Shown here one piece after another: positions 19,737 through 29,280 of a stretch of DNA of 64,000 bases. The stretch's first letter is position 1; each line of letters starts with the position of its first letter. This DNA comes from Microcoleaceae cyanobacterium. Its GTDB lineage: Bacteria; Cyanobacteriota; Cyanobacteriia; Cyanobacteriales; Microcoleaceae. Made by a program: the position numbers and the translations under genes. The notes below the pieces were generated by a model. That model saw only the letters and a program-made list of their open reading frames with translations, did no database searches and was not told where the DNA came from. Location of the stretch: assembly GCA_051652765.1 (NCBI GenBank), contig JBOFUV010000034.1:128001-192000 (forward strand). Reading direction: 5' to 3'.

Positions 19737-19794
19737 GTATAACTAGTTATTAGGTTGAAACCTTTAGTCTAATCACCCTATTTGAGTACGTTAG
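19737..19794 (-). other. attI site
   Basis: Minus strand CCTAA-TAACTA-GTTATAC, same CCTAA-N6-GTT geometry as class 1 attI1; lies between the first cassette and the divergent intI remnant. Confidence 0.8.
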
Positions 19795-19933
19795 GCTGAA
19801 ATTCGCAGTCTAATCCACCCAAAATAGTAGATTAGATAGAAACTTTCCGTATATTTCCGCAGGCCATCCAGATTTTTTCGGCTTAGCATCGATTTATGAA
19901 GCATTTAGACGGAAACTTTCCGTTTATCCCGCA

Positions 19934-20017
19934 ATGGAACAACGCCCCAAAAAGCCGTTGGAGCAGGTGCGCGATGTGATTCGGCTCAAACACTATGATG
20001 GAAGAAGCTATTTCTAG
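19934..20017 (+). pseudogene. intI: integron integrase 5' fragment
   Basis: MEQRPKKPLEQVRDVIRLKHY matches the IntI N-terminal pattern (LLDQVRxxIRxKHYS); similarity ends near 19996, stop at 20015-20017. Confidence 0.8.
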
Positions 20018-20062
20018 ATCAATAGTTGAATAAATCTGTGGCGGGTTACGCTTGAGTTCAGA

Positions 20063-20310
20063 TTGATTGCTCATCGAACCTACATTGATCTCACACTTAG
20101 ATAAAGTTGATCGTAGAGCATTTGCCCGTTGATCTCATACCAAACCCGCATTGATCTCAGACTAAACCCGCATTGATCTCAGACTAAACCCGCGTTGATC
20201 TCAGACTAAACCCGCATTGATCTCAGACTAAACCCGCGTTGATCTCAGACTAAACCCGCATTGATCTCACACCAAACCCGCGTTGATCTCGCACCAAACC
20301 CACGTTGATC
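20063..20310. repeat. 22-bp tandem repeat, about 11 units (TTGATCTCAGACTAAACCCGCR)
   Basis: TTGAT recurs at exact 22-nt steps from 20063 to 20305; near-perfect 20129-20304, degenerate on the left. Confidence 0.95.
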
Positions 20311-20365
20311 TTGCATTGTAAAGCTTTCTCTAAAATGAAGTTATTGAGCCTTCTAGTTTCCTGAT

Positions 20366-20450
20366 AAAGCCCCCAAACCCCTAAAATTGGGGGCTTTGAG
20401 CACTTTCCAATCCTTCCAGTCCCTCCAGAATTGGGGGGCAAAGGGGGAAG
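20366..20450. repeat. cyanobacterial CCCCC..AATTGGGGG-type palindromic dispersed repeat
   Basis: AAAGCCCCCAA / TTGGGGGCTTT 11-bp inverted repeat, followed by CCCTCCAGAATTGGGGGG. Confidence 0.55.
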
Positions 20451-20481
20451 ATTATACCGCTATTCAGCAACGCCAAGGAAC

Positions 20482-20880
20482 CTACTCTTTGGGGGGTTCA
20501 TCCTTGTCCCGAGGCTCAGTCAGAACGTGCCAAGCCGCTCGGGCTGCATCTGCAATGCGATCGCTAAAGTCCGCTAAATCTTCAACGAGGCTGTGCCAAT
20601 TTTGTTCGGCCTTGCTCTCTAAGTTTTGAAAGGAGGCTTCGATTTCAGTTTGATCAATGAGTCGGATTTTTTCAATCGTCTCCTTCGCCTGATTCACCGC
20701 TTTAATGTAAGTTTCACGGGTAAATTCCCCAGCAGATCGCATCTCAGCCTGAACCAATTTTTTGATCGCTTCAATCAGTTCATCGGTGCTCTGTTTTGGA
20801 TCGCTTGCGGTTGGATTGACGGGACTTACAGGCTCAATGGTAGACTCTTCGGGTAAATTTCTAGGCTCATTCTCATTCAT
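20482..20880 (-). CDS. hypothetical protein
   Basis: 132-aa helical ORF with GGAG RBS; EFTRETYIKAV...RIADAARAAW. Confidence 0.7.
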   Translation of the reverse strand: MNENEPRNLPEESTIEPVSPVNPTASDPKQSTDELIEAIKKLVQAEMRSAGEFTRETYIKAVNQAKETIEKIRLIDQTEIEASFQNLESKAEQNWHSLVEDLADFSDRIADAARAAWHVLTEPRDKDEPPKE

Positions 20881-20956
20881 CGCTGGGTCTCCTAATATAA
20901 AAAGTTACTGATTCAGATGCTTTGTGTTTCCCTGAAATTTTAAAGGTTTTTTGGGA

Positions 20957-21808
20957 TCACGTCGTGGAAAATGGCGGGTTCCCTGCTGCTTGTTCTAGGG
21001 CAAGTAATGCCTGAACTCTAGCGTTTGTCGCTGGGTGAGTCGAGAATAAACCAGCCAACGCCTGACCCGAAAACCCATGCATAATTAACAACGGTGCAAA
21101 TGCAGGATTTCCCTGCATTGGTATTTGTCTGGCATTGCTCTCCAACCGTTCTAAAGCTCTCGCCAAGGCACGAGGATTTCCAGTGAGTTTGGCGGCCCCA
21201 GCATCAGCAGAGAATTCACGGGTGCGAGAAATTGCCATCTGGATTACCGTTGCCGCCAGGGGGGCCAAAATCACAGTTAACAAGAGACTAATTGGATTTT
21301 GTCGATTCCGGGAGCCTCCAAACCAGAGGGCAAACTGAGCTAGGGAAGAAATTGCCCCGGCAACTGTTGCGGCCACAGCCTGAGTCAGGGTATCCCGATT
21401 TCTGATGTGACTCAGTTCGTGGGCAATCACCCCTTCAAGCTCGTCTTCCGGCAGGATACTCATAATGCCTTGGGTAACCGCCACCGCCGCATGTTCAGGA
21501 TCGCGACCTGTTGCAAACGCATTGGCGGACTGAGTCGGAATGATATAAACACCGGGCATCGGCAGGTTGGCGCGATCGCATAGTCGCCTTACCATGTCGT
21601 GGAGTTCTGGAGCTTGCTGCGCCGTGACAGGTTGAGCCTGATAAGCTTTTAAGGCAATCTGGTCGGAGAAAAACCAGGAACTAAAGTTGGTGACGGCAGC
21701 CAGGATCAGCCCAATAAATGCCCCGACGTTACCGCCTAACAAATAACCAATTCCAATGAGCAAACCTGTCAACACACCCAAAAGGGCAATGGTCTTGATT
21801 TGATTCAT
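20957..21808 (-). CDS. htpX: HtpX zinc metalloprotease
   Basis: ANAFATGRDP, HELSH, ISRTREFSAD, LFSTHP; ATG 21808 with AGGAG RBS. Confidence 0.92.
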   Translation of the reverse strand: MNQIKTIALLGVLTGLLIGIGYLLGGNVGAFIGLILAAVTNFSSWFFSDQIALKAYQAQPVTAQQAPELHDMVRRLCDRANLPMPGVYIIPTQSANAFATGRDPEHAAVAVTQGIMSILPEDELEGVIAHELSHIRNRDTLTQAVAATVAGAISSLAQFALWFGGSRNRQNPISLLLTVILAPLAATVIQMAISRTREFSADAGAAKLTGNPRALARALERLESNARQIPMQGNPAFAPLLIMHGFSGQALAGLFSTHPATNARVQALLALEQAAGNPPFSTT

Positions 21809-21971
21809 AAATCTCCTGAGTTTTTCGTTAGAGGATGAAAAAAGTCCAGCCCTGTTCTTGTGAGGACAATAAATCAAAAGTTCTCTTCATTGTAGAATGC
21901 TTCCAACTACCGAACGATCGAAGAAAACTTTTTTAAGAGAAAACCAAAATTTAAGAGAAGATTAAAATAGG

Positions 21972-22889
21972 CTAAAGAATACAGAGAGCATCTGGATTCT
22001 GAGGACAAACTTGACTTTCAACTGGATTTTGGAAAAGATAAACCTCATTCAGATTTGGCAATTTTCTCAAAGGATTGACATTAGAAACATTATTTCCGTT
22101 CAGATTTAGTTCGGTTAAATTGTTCATTGAAGTCAAAGGATTGACATCAGAGATTTGATTAAAACTTAAGTTCAATTCAGTCATATTGGTCAGACTGGAC
22201 AAAGGATTCAGGTTTTTGATTTGATTCCGAGCCAGAGATAATTCTGTCAAGTTTATTAACGATGAAAGCGGATCTAAATTAGTAATTTGATTTTGTCCCA
22301 GGTTTAGATGTTGTAGTTTTCGAAGGGAACTCAATGGGCTAATATCTGAAATCTTATTATCAAATAAGATAAGTTGTTCCAATTGAGTCAGTCCAGCCAG
22401 AGGGGCTAGATCAGCAATTTGATTGCCTGCGATTTGCAAAATAGTTAACCGGTCTAAAGCTGCTAAGGGGCTCAAGTCGGAAATTTGATTTTTATGCAGG
22501 GTCAATCGTGTGAGATTTTTCAATGTTCCGAGGGGCTTGAGGTCAGAAACTTGACTCGCTGTTAGGCTCAATCCACTGGCAAAAGAGAGTACTTGATTAG
22601 CTTGTTTGCAATCCGTTGTGTTTGCCTTCTGTAATAAGACTTCGACCGTTTTTTTTGTCTCTGGTGGCAGTTGATCTTTAGCAGCACACCACTCTGCAAA
22701 ACTGTTAAAAGCTCGGCTAGAACCTTGGCTAATTTCCAGAGATTCTACAGGAGTTGCTAAATTGAACGTTAAATTTACAGTGAACCCTAGAACCAGAGCG
22801 ATCGCCTTGATTGGGATCTTTCTAGAAAATTCAAGATTAGAATGCAAAGGATTAGAATTAAAACTAGATTGTGACTCTCTGACTAACAT
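21972..22889 (-). CDS. internalin-like leucine-rich repeat protein
   Basis: About eight 22-aa LxxLxLxxNQIxDLxPL repeats after an SFAEWC cap; N-terminal hydrophobic segment. Confidence 0.9.
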   Translation of the reverse strand: MLVRESQSSFNSNPLHSNLEFSRKIPIKAIALVLGFTVNLTFNLATPVESLEISQGSSRAFNSFAEWCAAKDQLPPETKKTVEVLLQKANTTDCKQANQVLSFASGLSLTASQVSDLKPLGTLKNLTRLTLHKNQISDLSPLAALDRLTILQIAGNQIADLAPLAGLTQLEQLILFDNKISDISPLSSLRKLQHLNLGQNQITNLDPLSSLINLTELSLARNQIKNLNPLSSLTNMTELNLSFNQISDVNPLTSMNNLTELNLNGNNVSNVNPLRKLPNLNEVYLFQNPVESQVCPQNPDALCIL

Positions 22890-23229
22890 TACAAACCTCT
22901 AATCTAATGTTCAATTTGTTGTCAACTGATTCTCAACTGATAAAAGGTTACATTTCAAGAAACCTGATGCTACACCTATTCTTGGCTGTTCAGTGTTGCA
23001 GCTTCAGCATTTTACCCGACATTGGCACAGACTTCTTGACTCGACTTCCGACCGGAACCCCAGCTTCCTCCTGACAACAATTCTGGGGGCCAGGGTCTTC
23101 CTGCACCACAAATATACCCCCAAATTCTCGAGATACAAGGTTTGGGTTAATTCTAAGAAACTCAACAAGCCTTTGAGAGTATGGCTTAAGAGTATTGGGT
23201 CTTGTAAGTTTGACACCAGTCTATGCAAG

Positions 23230-24276
23230 TTAGGCTGGCCAAAGGGTCAAATCAATTGCATCTGCAAGCGGTAGAACCATTGGGGTGACGTGATATTGGG
23301 CTAGACGTTCCGCCATCGTTTGCCATCGTTCAGGTAGAATCTGGCCGATATGGTGTAGATCTTGATCGGGAGCCACATAGTTTGAAACTAGTTGTAAGGA
23401 TTGAATCTGATACGCTAAATTATTATATTTTCCTTCAGGACTAACGTAATTTTCTACAATAATCTTGGCAGCGTTTGGAATGTCAGAGAGGGCAATTTTC
23501 CAGCCTTCAAAGGTGGCCTGGAGAAACTTCTTCACCTGTTCAGGATTGTTTTCTAACAGCCGATGATGCACAAAAAAAGTTTGAACGTAAGCGTCATAGC
23601 CATAATCACTCAAGTTCAATAGGTTTGGGGAAATCCCAGTTCTATCTGCAAAACCAATGGGCTCATCCACAACATAACATTGGATGGCATCAACTTCCCT
23701 TGACAGTAATTTATCAAACTTTTCTCGATAAGAAATACTGACAACTTCCACATCATTGGGTGACAGTTGACTAAAGCCCATGACTAAATCCATCACCTTT
23801 TGGCTATCAGAATGAATGCCTACTTTTTTTCCCACTAAATCATAGAGAGAGTTGACGTTACAATCAGGCAGTGACATGAGTCCCAGGGGCGAGTGCTGAA
23901 ACATGGTTGCGATCGCTTTGATGGGTTTTCCTGCGTTTTGAGCCGTTAAAATCACATCCTGTTCTGAACAACCAATTATCAAAGGATTTTCAGCGACTAA
24001 ATCCGTCACTGACATCCCAAAATCCCAAGGTTTAATCTCTATAACCAAACCCTTTTGGGTGTAGAGATTGTAGTAATCTGCCAACAGAATTCCAGCAAAC
24101 TGAACATTAAATTTCCAGTCTAGTTGTAGAGTAAACTGAAAGTTTTTTTCAGGCAGTAAAACCTCAGGTGTTAACGTTGAAGCTAATGCTAAACTTTGAT
24201 TTAATCTCCAGCTTCCTAACGTCAAATAACACCCGAAGCAACCCGATGTCTGAAAAAAGTTTCGCCGATTGATCAT
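23230..24276 (-). CDS. NMT1/THI5-family ABC substrate-binding protein with Tat signal
   Basis: NRRNFF Tat motif, LQLDWKFNVQFAG, DLVGKKVG. Confidence 0.85.
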   Translation of the reverse strand: MINRRNFFQTSGCFGCYLTLGSWRLNQSLALASTLTPEVLLPEKNFQFTLQLDWKFNVQFAGILLADYYNLYTQKGLVIEIKPWDFGMSVTDLVAENPLIIGCSEQDVILTAQNAGKPIKAIATMFQHSPLGLMSLPDCNVNSLYDLVGKKVGIHSDSQKVMDLVMGFSQLSPNDVEVVSISYREKFDKLLSREVDAIQCYVVDEPIGFADRTGISPNLLNLSDYGYDAYVQTFFVHHRLLENNPEQVKKFLQATFEGWKIALSDIPNAAKIIVENYVSPEGKYNNLAYQIQSLQLVSNYVAPDQDLHHIGQILPERWQTMAERLAQYHVTPMVLPLADAIDLTLWPA

Positions 24277-24400
24277 AATACAGTCAAACCCATCCCTTTA
24301 TTCTCACAGAATACTGACATAGCAATCGAATTGGAAGAACAAAAGTCCCCAAACAAAACACAATCACCCAAAAATTACAGAAACAAACTACAGAAACAAA

Positions 24401-25774
24401 TTACTGAGCAATCTCTGGAGAACGCCCCATCAAGCCAGTCATGATTCGTAGGGCGAGATAGCGGAGAACCTTCACATTTCTCAACCACCACAAACCCCAA
24501 CGCCGTATCGTAACCTGTGGTTGCCAGTCTCCAGAAAACATCCGATCTAAAATGTCTGTGAACGCTAAGATCACTAGATTTTCGGTGCTCCGCCAGCGTT
24601 CATAGCGGCGTAAAACCTTCAGACTCCCCAGATCCTCACCCCGTTGATGGGCTTCTCGGAGGACTTGAGCGATCGCGCCCGCATCTCGAATTCCCATATT
24701 TAATCCTTGGCCTCCGACTGGATGGCAGCAGTGGGCCGCATCTCCAACGAGCGCTAACCGGGGTTTGACATAACGATTACTCTGCATCAACTGCACCGGG
24801 AAAAGATAGCGATCGCCCAACAGTTCTAGCTTGCCAAATACACCTCCCGTGCGATATTCTAAAAGGCTCAAGAATTCCTGTTCCTCCATCTGCTGCAAGG
24901 CTTGGGCTTGGGCGTGGGGAGCCGTCAACACCACCTGGCAACGATTTCCAGTCAAAGGCAATACTCCCATGGGGCCACTCGGCCAGAATCTTTCAAATGC
25001 GACCTTGTTGTGAGGCTTCTCGGCTTGAATCGTAACAGCAATACAAGACTGCCAATAGTTCCAGCCCCGAGTTTGAATACCAACCGCTTGACGCAACTGG
25101 GATTTGGCCCCGTCTGCGGCAATGACTAACCCGGTTCGTAAAGTGCTCAGTTCTCCGCTTTGATCAAATTTCACCTCAGCACAGTTTGCCCAGTAATTAA
25201 CTTGAACAACTTGGGCTGGACAAAGCCAATGGACATGATCACAATCTTCCAAAAACCGATGTATCGCAGTCAGTATCACTTGATGCTCGCCGACGTAGCC
25301 TAGTTCTTCTGTTCCCAAGTCCTGAGGTTGAAACTCTACAACTCCTGGATGGTCACCATCACTTAAGCTAATTTGATAAAATGTGTTGATTCGGGGCAAA
25401 ATACCATCCCAAACCCCAATTTTGCTCAGAATTCGGCCCGTTTGTAAGGTTAGGGCGTAGGCTTGACGACGACTAGCAGCAATTGCCTTCAGTTGAGGCT
25501 CGACAATCAACACCTTCAGGCCAGTATTTTTCAAGCCGCAAGCCAATGTACCTCCTACAATCCCACCTCCCACAATCACTACATCGTAGTCCAGATCAGT
25601 CCGTGGATCAGGCTGGGAATTGGTTTGGAGTGAGGATTGGGTCAGTGTGTCTTTTATAAGTGGATCTTTTATAAGTAGATCTTTTATAAACATATCTTTC
25701 ATAAACATATCTTTTATAAACATATCTTTTAACAGACTCACGATGGCAGACTGGGCCTTCAAAAGCATGATCAA
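24401..25774 (-). CDS. UbiH/COQ6-family FAD-dependent hydroxylase (start uncertain)
   Basis: DVVIVGGGIVG, AADGAKS, GDAAHCCHPVGGQGLNMGIRD. Confidence 0.9.
   Translation of the reverse strand: MIMLLKAQSAIVSLLKDMFIKDMFMKDMFIKDLLIKDPLIKDTLTQSSLQTNSQPDPRTDLDYDVVIVGGGIVGGTLACGLKNTGLKVLIVEPQLKAIAASRRQAYALTLQTGRILSKIGVWDGILPRINTFYQISLSDGDHPGVVEFQPQDLGTEELGYVGEHQVILTAIHRFLEDCDHVHWLCPAQVVQVNYWANCAEVKFDQSGELSTLRTGLVIAADGAKSQLRQAVGIQTRGWNYWQSCIAVTIQAEKPHNKVAFERFWPSGPMGVLPLTGNRCQVVLTAPHAQAQALQQMEEQEFLSLLEYRTGGVFGKLELLGDRYLFPVQLMQSNRYVKPRLALVGDAAHCCHPVGGQGLNMGIRDAGAIAQVLREAHQRGEDLGSLKVLRRYERWRSTENLVILAFTDILDRMFSGDWQPQVTIRRWGLWWLRNVKVLRYLALRIMTGLMGRSPEIAQ
25650..25731. repeat. 15-bp tandem repeat, 5 units plus a partial
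   Basis: TCTTTTATAAACATA-type units at 25650, 25665, 25680, 25695 and 25710; read as KDMFI/KDLLI on the minus strand. Confidence 0.9.
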
Positions 25775-26059
25775 GAACCTTTAAGTTAACCGTTAGAACT
25801 TGCACTTTTTTTATTGTGACGGAAAATCATAAATAATGGGAAGGCCAGACACGAAGTTGCAGGGACTTTCAGATGACACCTCTCAGACAAGCTGGGGCTC
25901 CATAAAAAACTGTTGCTGAATATTAAAGATTGCAACGTGCCGATGAGTCTTAGAGGGTTTCATGATATCTCTTAAGACACAGATTTTTGAGTTCAATCTT
26001 GTCAGCCTCTGATTGTTAAGTTTCTGATTGTAAATTTCTGGAAAATTAAGGAGAAATTA

Positions 26060-26317
26060 ATGATTTCAACACTGATTTTGGCAACTGCTACAACGGTATC
26101 TTGGAGTCCTAAAGTTGCCATAGTGATGATCATTTGTAATATTGTGGCGATTGCAATTGGCAAGTTCACTATCAAGTATCCTAGTGTTGGCCCCGCACTG
26201 CCCTCCTCTAACCTGTTTGGCGGAATGGGCCTAGGCGCTCTACTGGGTACAACCAGCTTGGGGCATATCCTCGGCGTTGGTGTGATTTTGGGCCTGTCTA
26301 ACGTCGGTGCCATTTAA
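26060..26317 (+). CDS. psaK: photosystem I subunit PsaK
   Basis: WSPKVAIVMIICN, LLGTTSLGHILGVGVILGL; AAGGAG RBS. Confidence 0.95.
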   Translation: MISTLILATATTVSWSPKVAIVMIICNIVAIAIGKFTIKYPSVGPALPSSNLFGGMGLGALLGTTSLGHILGVGVILGLSNVGAI

Positions 26318-26369
26318 GCCTTCGCCTGAAGCGTTTAGTCCTTGAATGGTATTCTATCGAAGCCTGGGA

Positions 26370-26399
26370 AACCTGACTCGTACAAAAGTCGGGTTTTTT
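26370..26399 (+). terminator. rho-independent terminator after psaK
   Basis: AACCTGACT-CGTACAAA-AGTCGGGTT followed by a T run. Confidence 0.6.
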
Positions 26400-26427
26400 G
26401 TTGTGTTCATGTTTATTCCGGGTCGCT

Positions 26428-27150
26428 TCACAGATTGATTTCTTCGCAGATGCGTTCCCACGCCAAAACTGGATGGTCTGAGGCGGTAATCGGTCGGCCA
26501 ATCACGAGATAATCAGCCCCAGCTTTGAGGGCTGCAGATGGGGTAAGCGATCGCTGTTGATCCTCAGATTCTGCCCAGGTAGGTCTCACACCGGGACAAA
26601 CCAACAAGAAGTCCGCGCCACAAACTCCTCTCAATTGAGCCACCTCTTGCGGCGAACAGACGGCTCCATCGAGGCCACAGTCTTTTGCCAATAGCGCCAT
26701 CTGTAGGGCATATTCAGGTAACTCCAAGGGAATTTTGAGGTCAAAAGCGAGTTCCCTTGGGTTAAGGCTGGTGAGTAAGGTAATGGCAATTAACTTCGGA
26801 GCAGGTTGGTTGAGATCCGCAGATCGGGCTTGAATGGCAGACTGAGCCGCTTTTAGGGCAACTTTTCCGGCAGTGGCATGAATTGTGATCAGTTCTACCC
26901 CGTCAAACACCGCAGATCGACACGCTCCAGCAACGGTATTAGGAATGTCATGGAACTTCAGGTCAAGGAAAATTCGCTTTTGGCGTTGGTGGAGCAGATT
27001 TAAAATTTCAGGGCCAGCACCGACAAACAGCTCTAGACCCACTTTCCAGAAATTAACCTGGGGGAGCTGATCAACTAAGGCGATCGCCTGTTCCAAGTCA
27101 GGAACATCCAGGGGAACAATAATGCGACGAGAAGCCCGATCAGAGTTCAT
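26428..27150 (-). CDS. pyrF: orotidine-5'-phosphate decarboxylase
   Basis: [26 protein letters not shown]. Confidence 0.95.
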   Translation of the reverse strand: MNSDRASRRIIVPLDVPDLEQAIALVDQLPQVNFWKVGLELFVGAGPEILNLLHQRQKRIFLDLKFHDIPNTVAGACRSAVFDGVELITIHATAGKVALKAAQSAIQARSADLNQPAPKLIAITLLTSLNPRELAFDLKIPLELPEYALQMALLAKDCGLDGAVCSPQEVAQLRGVCGADFLLVCPGVRPTWAESEDQQRSLTPSAALKAGADYLVIGRPITASDHPVLAWERICEEINL

Positions 27151-27380
27151 AAGTTGTGGGAAATCAAGGGATTTTGAGCTGCTCCAGCAACCCTAAACCA
27201 GAGCTTGCCGCTCCTAAAATCATAATAAGTTATAAATCTTCTCCAAGCCCCCAGTAGAAGGTTTTTTGTATATTGAAGGATCTAACCGTGATATTCTGAA
27301 TCTTGCAGCACAACTGTGTGTGAGTTGTTCTGAATTTTATTCTTATCGATTCAGCGTTTGCTTGAACGCAGTAAATTTTT

Positions 27381-27968
27381 ATGACCTATTCATCTTCATC
27401 TGCCAATGGCAGTAGTCAGTCACCAGAGGTCATCTTAACCCTTACGGATGAGCAGGGGCGATCGCTTGAGTGTCTAGTTCAATCTTCAATTCAGATTGAC
27501 GATCAAGATTATGCATTGCTTGTCCCGGCTGATATTCCAGTAGAGATCCTGACCTGGCCAGATGAAAATGCGGCTGATGAGGCTGCTATTTTTGTAGAAT
27601 CTGAGTCAGAAGTGGATGTCATTTTCCCGATTGCCAAAGTTGTGCTGGAAGAGCAGAACTTGATGCTAAAACGCACAGCAATTACTTTAACGGTTGAGGG
27701 AGAGCTGCCAGAAACTTCCGAAGAAGAGTCCGAAGACTTAGACGCAGAGGGGGATTCTGAGGAGTCGGAAACTGAAGAAATGTTATGGTTAGCCAGTTTC
27801 TACCATGAAGAACGGGAGTATGGAATTTATGTTCCGCTTGACCCATTTTTTATTTTGGTCAGAATTGATGAGGCAGGCAAACCACACCTGCTCTCCAGTG
27901 AGGAACTTGAGAGGTTAGAGCCCTATCTTTCTAAGATAGAGGATCAACTCTTTGACGATATCACTTGA
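27381..27968 (+). CDS. DUF3727-domain protein
   Basis: LTDEQGRSLEC, YALLVPAD, EYGIYVPLDP; upstream of mltG. Confidence 0.8.
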   Translation: MTYSSSSANGSSQSPEVILTLTDEQGRSLECLVQSSIQIDDQDYALLVPADIPVEILTWPDENAADEAAIFVESESEVDVIFPIAKVVLEEQNLMLKRTAITLTVEGELPETSEEESEDLDAEGDSEESETEEMLWLASFYHEEREYGIYVPLDPFFILVRIDEAGKPHLLSSEELERLEPYLSKIEDQLFDDIT

Positions 27969-28091
27969 TTCTTTGAAAGGATCACTCTGACAGGTACTTA
28001 GACAGTACCGCTGAAGGGTGTAGGCATTGCCTTGAGACTGAACCCATGAAGGAAAGCGGTTTGTTCAATACTCGATAGGCATCTAGTACAT

Positions 28092-29189
28092 ATGGGACAA
28101 CTGACAAAGCGACTGTTTTATCTCGCCATTTTGCCTGTGATCTGGGCCATTGCAGGTTGGCAGGGTTGGTCATGGTGGAGTTGGGTGAGTTCTGCCCCAG
28201 TCGCCTCCAGCGCATCGTTGAATCCATCATCTCGTCCATCCGCAAACGCTCCAGCCAAAGATGACGCTGTTCAGATTACGATTCCTTCCGGAACCTCAAG
28301 CCAACAAATTGGCCAAGATCTAGAGGCAGCAGGACTCATCCGCTCTGCAAATGCTTGGCGATTGTGGTCACGATGGTTAATGTTTCAAGACCCGGAAGGG
28401 GAGTTTAAAGCTGGAACCTACCAGATGGTACCAACGCAGCCCCTAAGTGCGATCGCTGAGAAAGTCTGGAAGGGAGAAGTGATGCAATCGAGCTTTACGA
28501 TTCCAGAGGGTTGGTCAATTCAACAAATGGCTGAGTACTTTGAGCAACAAGGATTTTTCACGGCAGAAGAGTTTGTTGCCGCAGCGTCACGGGTTCCGGC
28601 TGATCAATTTCCCTGGCTCCCTCAAAAATTACCCCAGTTGGAAGGATTTCTTTACCCTGATACTTACCAGGTTGAATCTGAACAGATTACACCAGAGGGA
28701 GTAGTTAATCAGATGCTGAAGCGGTTTGAGGAAGTTGCTCTGCCTGTTTATCAACAAGCTCAAGACAAGCACAATCTAGATCTGAAAGAATGGGTGACTC
28801 TAGCCAGCATTGTTGAGAAAGAGTCCGTGGTTGATGAAGAACGCGGGGTGATCTCAGGGGTGTTCCATAACCGCCTCAAACAAGGGATTAATTTAGCGGC
28901 TGATCCAACGGTGGAGTATGGTCTGGGAATTCGTCAAACCGTTGAGCAGCCTTTGACGTTCAAACAAGTCAAGACCCCCTCTCCTTATAACACCTACCTC
29001 AACCCTGGTTTGCCTCCCACTGCGATTGCCAGTCCAGGGGTTGCAAGCCTAGAAGCGACTCTCAATCCAAAGGACACTGAGTTTCTCTATTTCATGGCCC
29101 GATACGATGGAACTCACATCTTTAGCAAAACTGAGGCTGAACATCAAGCCGCGATCGCCGAAGTCGAACGTCAACTCTCTACTCAATAA
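28092..29189 (+). CDS. mltG: endolytic transglycosylase MltG
   Basis: TIPEG, LEGFLYPDTY, LASIVEKE, SPYNTY..PGLPP. Confidence 0.93.
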   Translation: MGQLTKRLFYLAILPVIWAIAGWQGWSWWSWVSSAPVASSASLNPSSRPSANAPAKDDAVQITIPSGTSSQQIGQDLEAAGLIRSANAWRLWSRWLMFQDPEGEFKAGTYQMVPTQPLSAIAEKVWKGEVMQSSFTIPEGWSIQQMAEYFEQQGFFTAEEFVAAASRVPADQFPWLPQKLPQLEGFLYPDTYQVESEQITPEGVVNQMLKRFEEVALPVYQQAQDKHNLDLKEWVTLASIVEKESVVDEERGVISGVFHNRLKQGINLAADPTVEYGLGIRQTVEQPLTFKQVKTPSPYNTYLNPGLPPTAIASPGVASLEATLNPKDTEFLYFMARYDGTHIFSKTEAEHQAAIAEVERQLSTQ

Positions 29190-29280
29190 CTCTACTCAAT
29201 CACTCTTTAACTTGAGTCCTATTTCCCTAGACTGACCCAATTTCAGCTAAAATCAGATGACTGAACACATGGGTCTTGCT

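Larger units (their letters stand above)
11601..20017 (-). mobile_element. integron with truncated integrase, attI and cassette array
   Basis: intI 5' remnant divergent from attI, four attC sites, co-oriented cassette genes whose stops abut or overlap the attC R'' boxes. Confidence 0.85.

Noticed and set aside
20151..20172. AGACTAAA shared between the 22-bp repeat and attI
   Set aside because: An 8-bp AT-rich match is compatible with chance.
20063..20310. 22-bp array as a CRISPR array
   Set aside because: Units are contiguous with no unique spacers, and no cas genes are present in the window.
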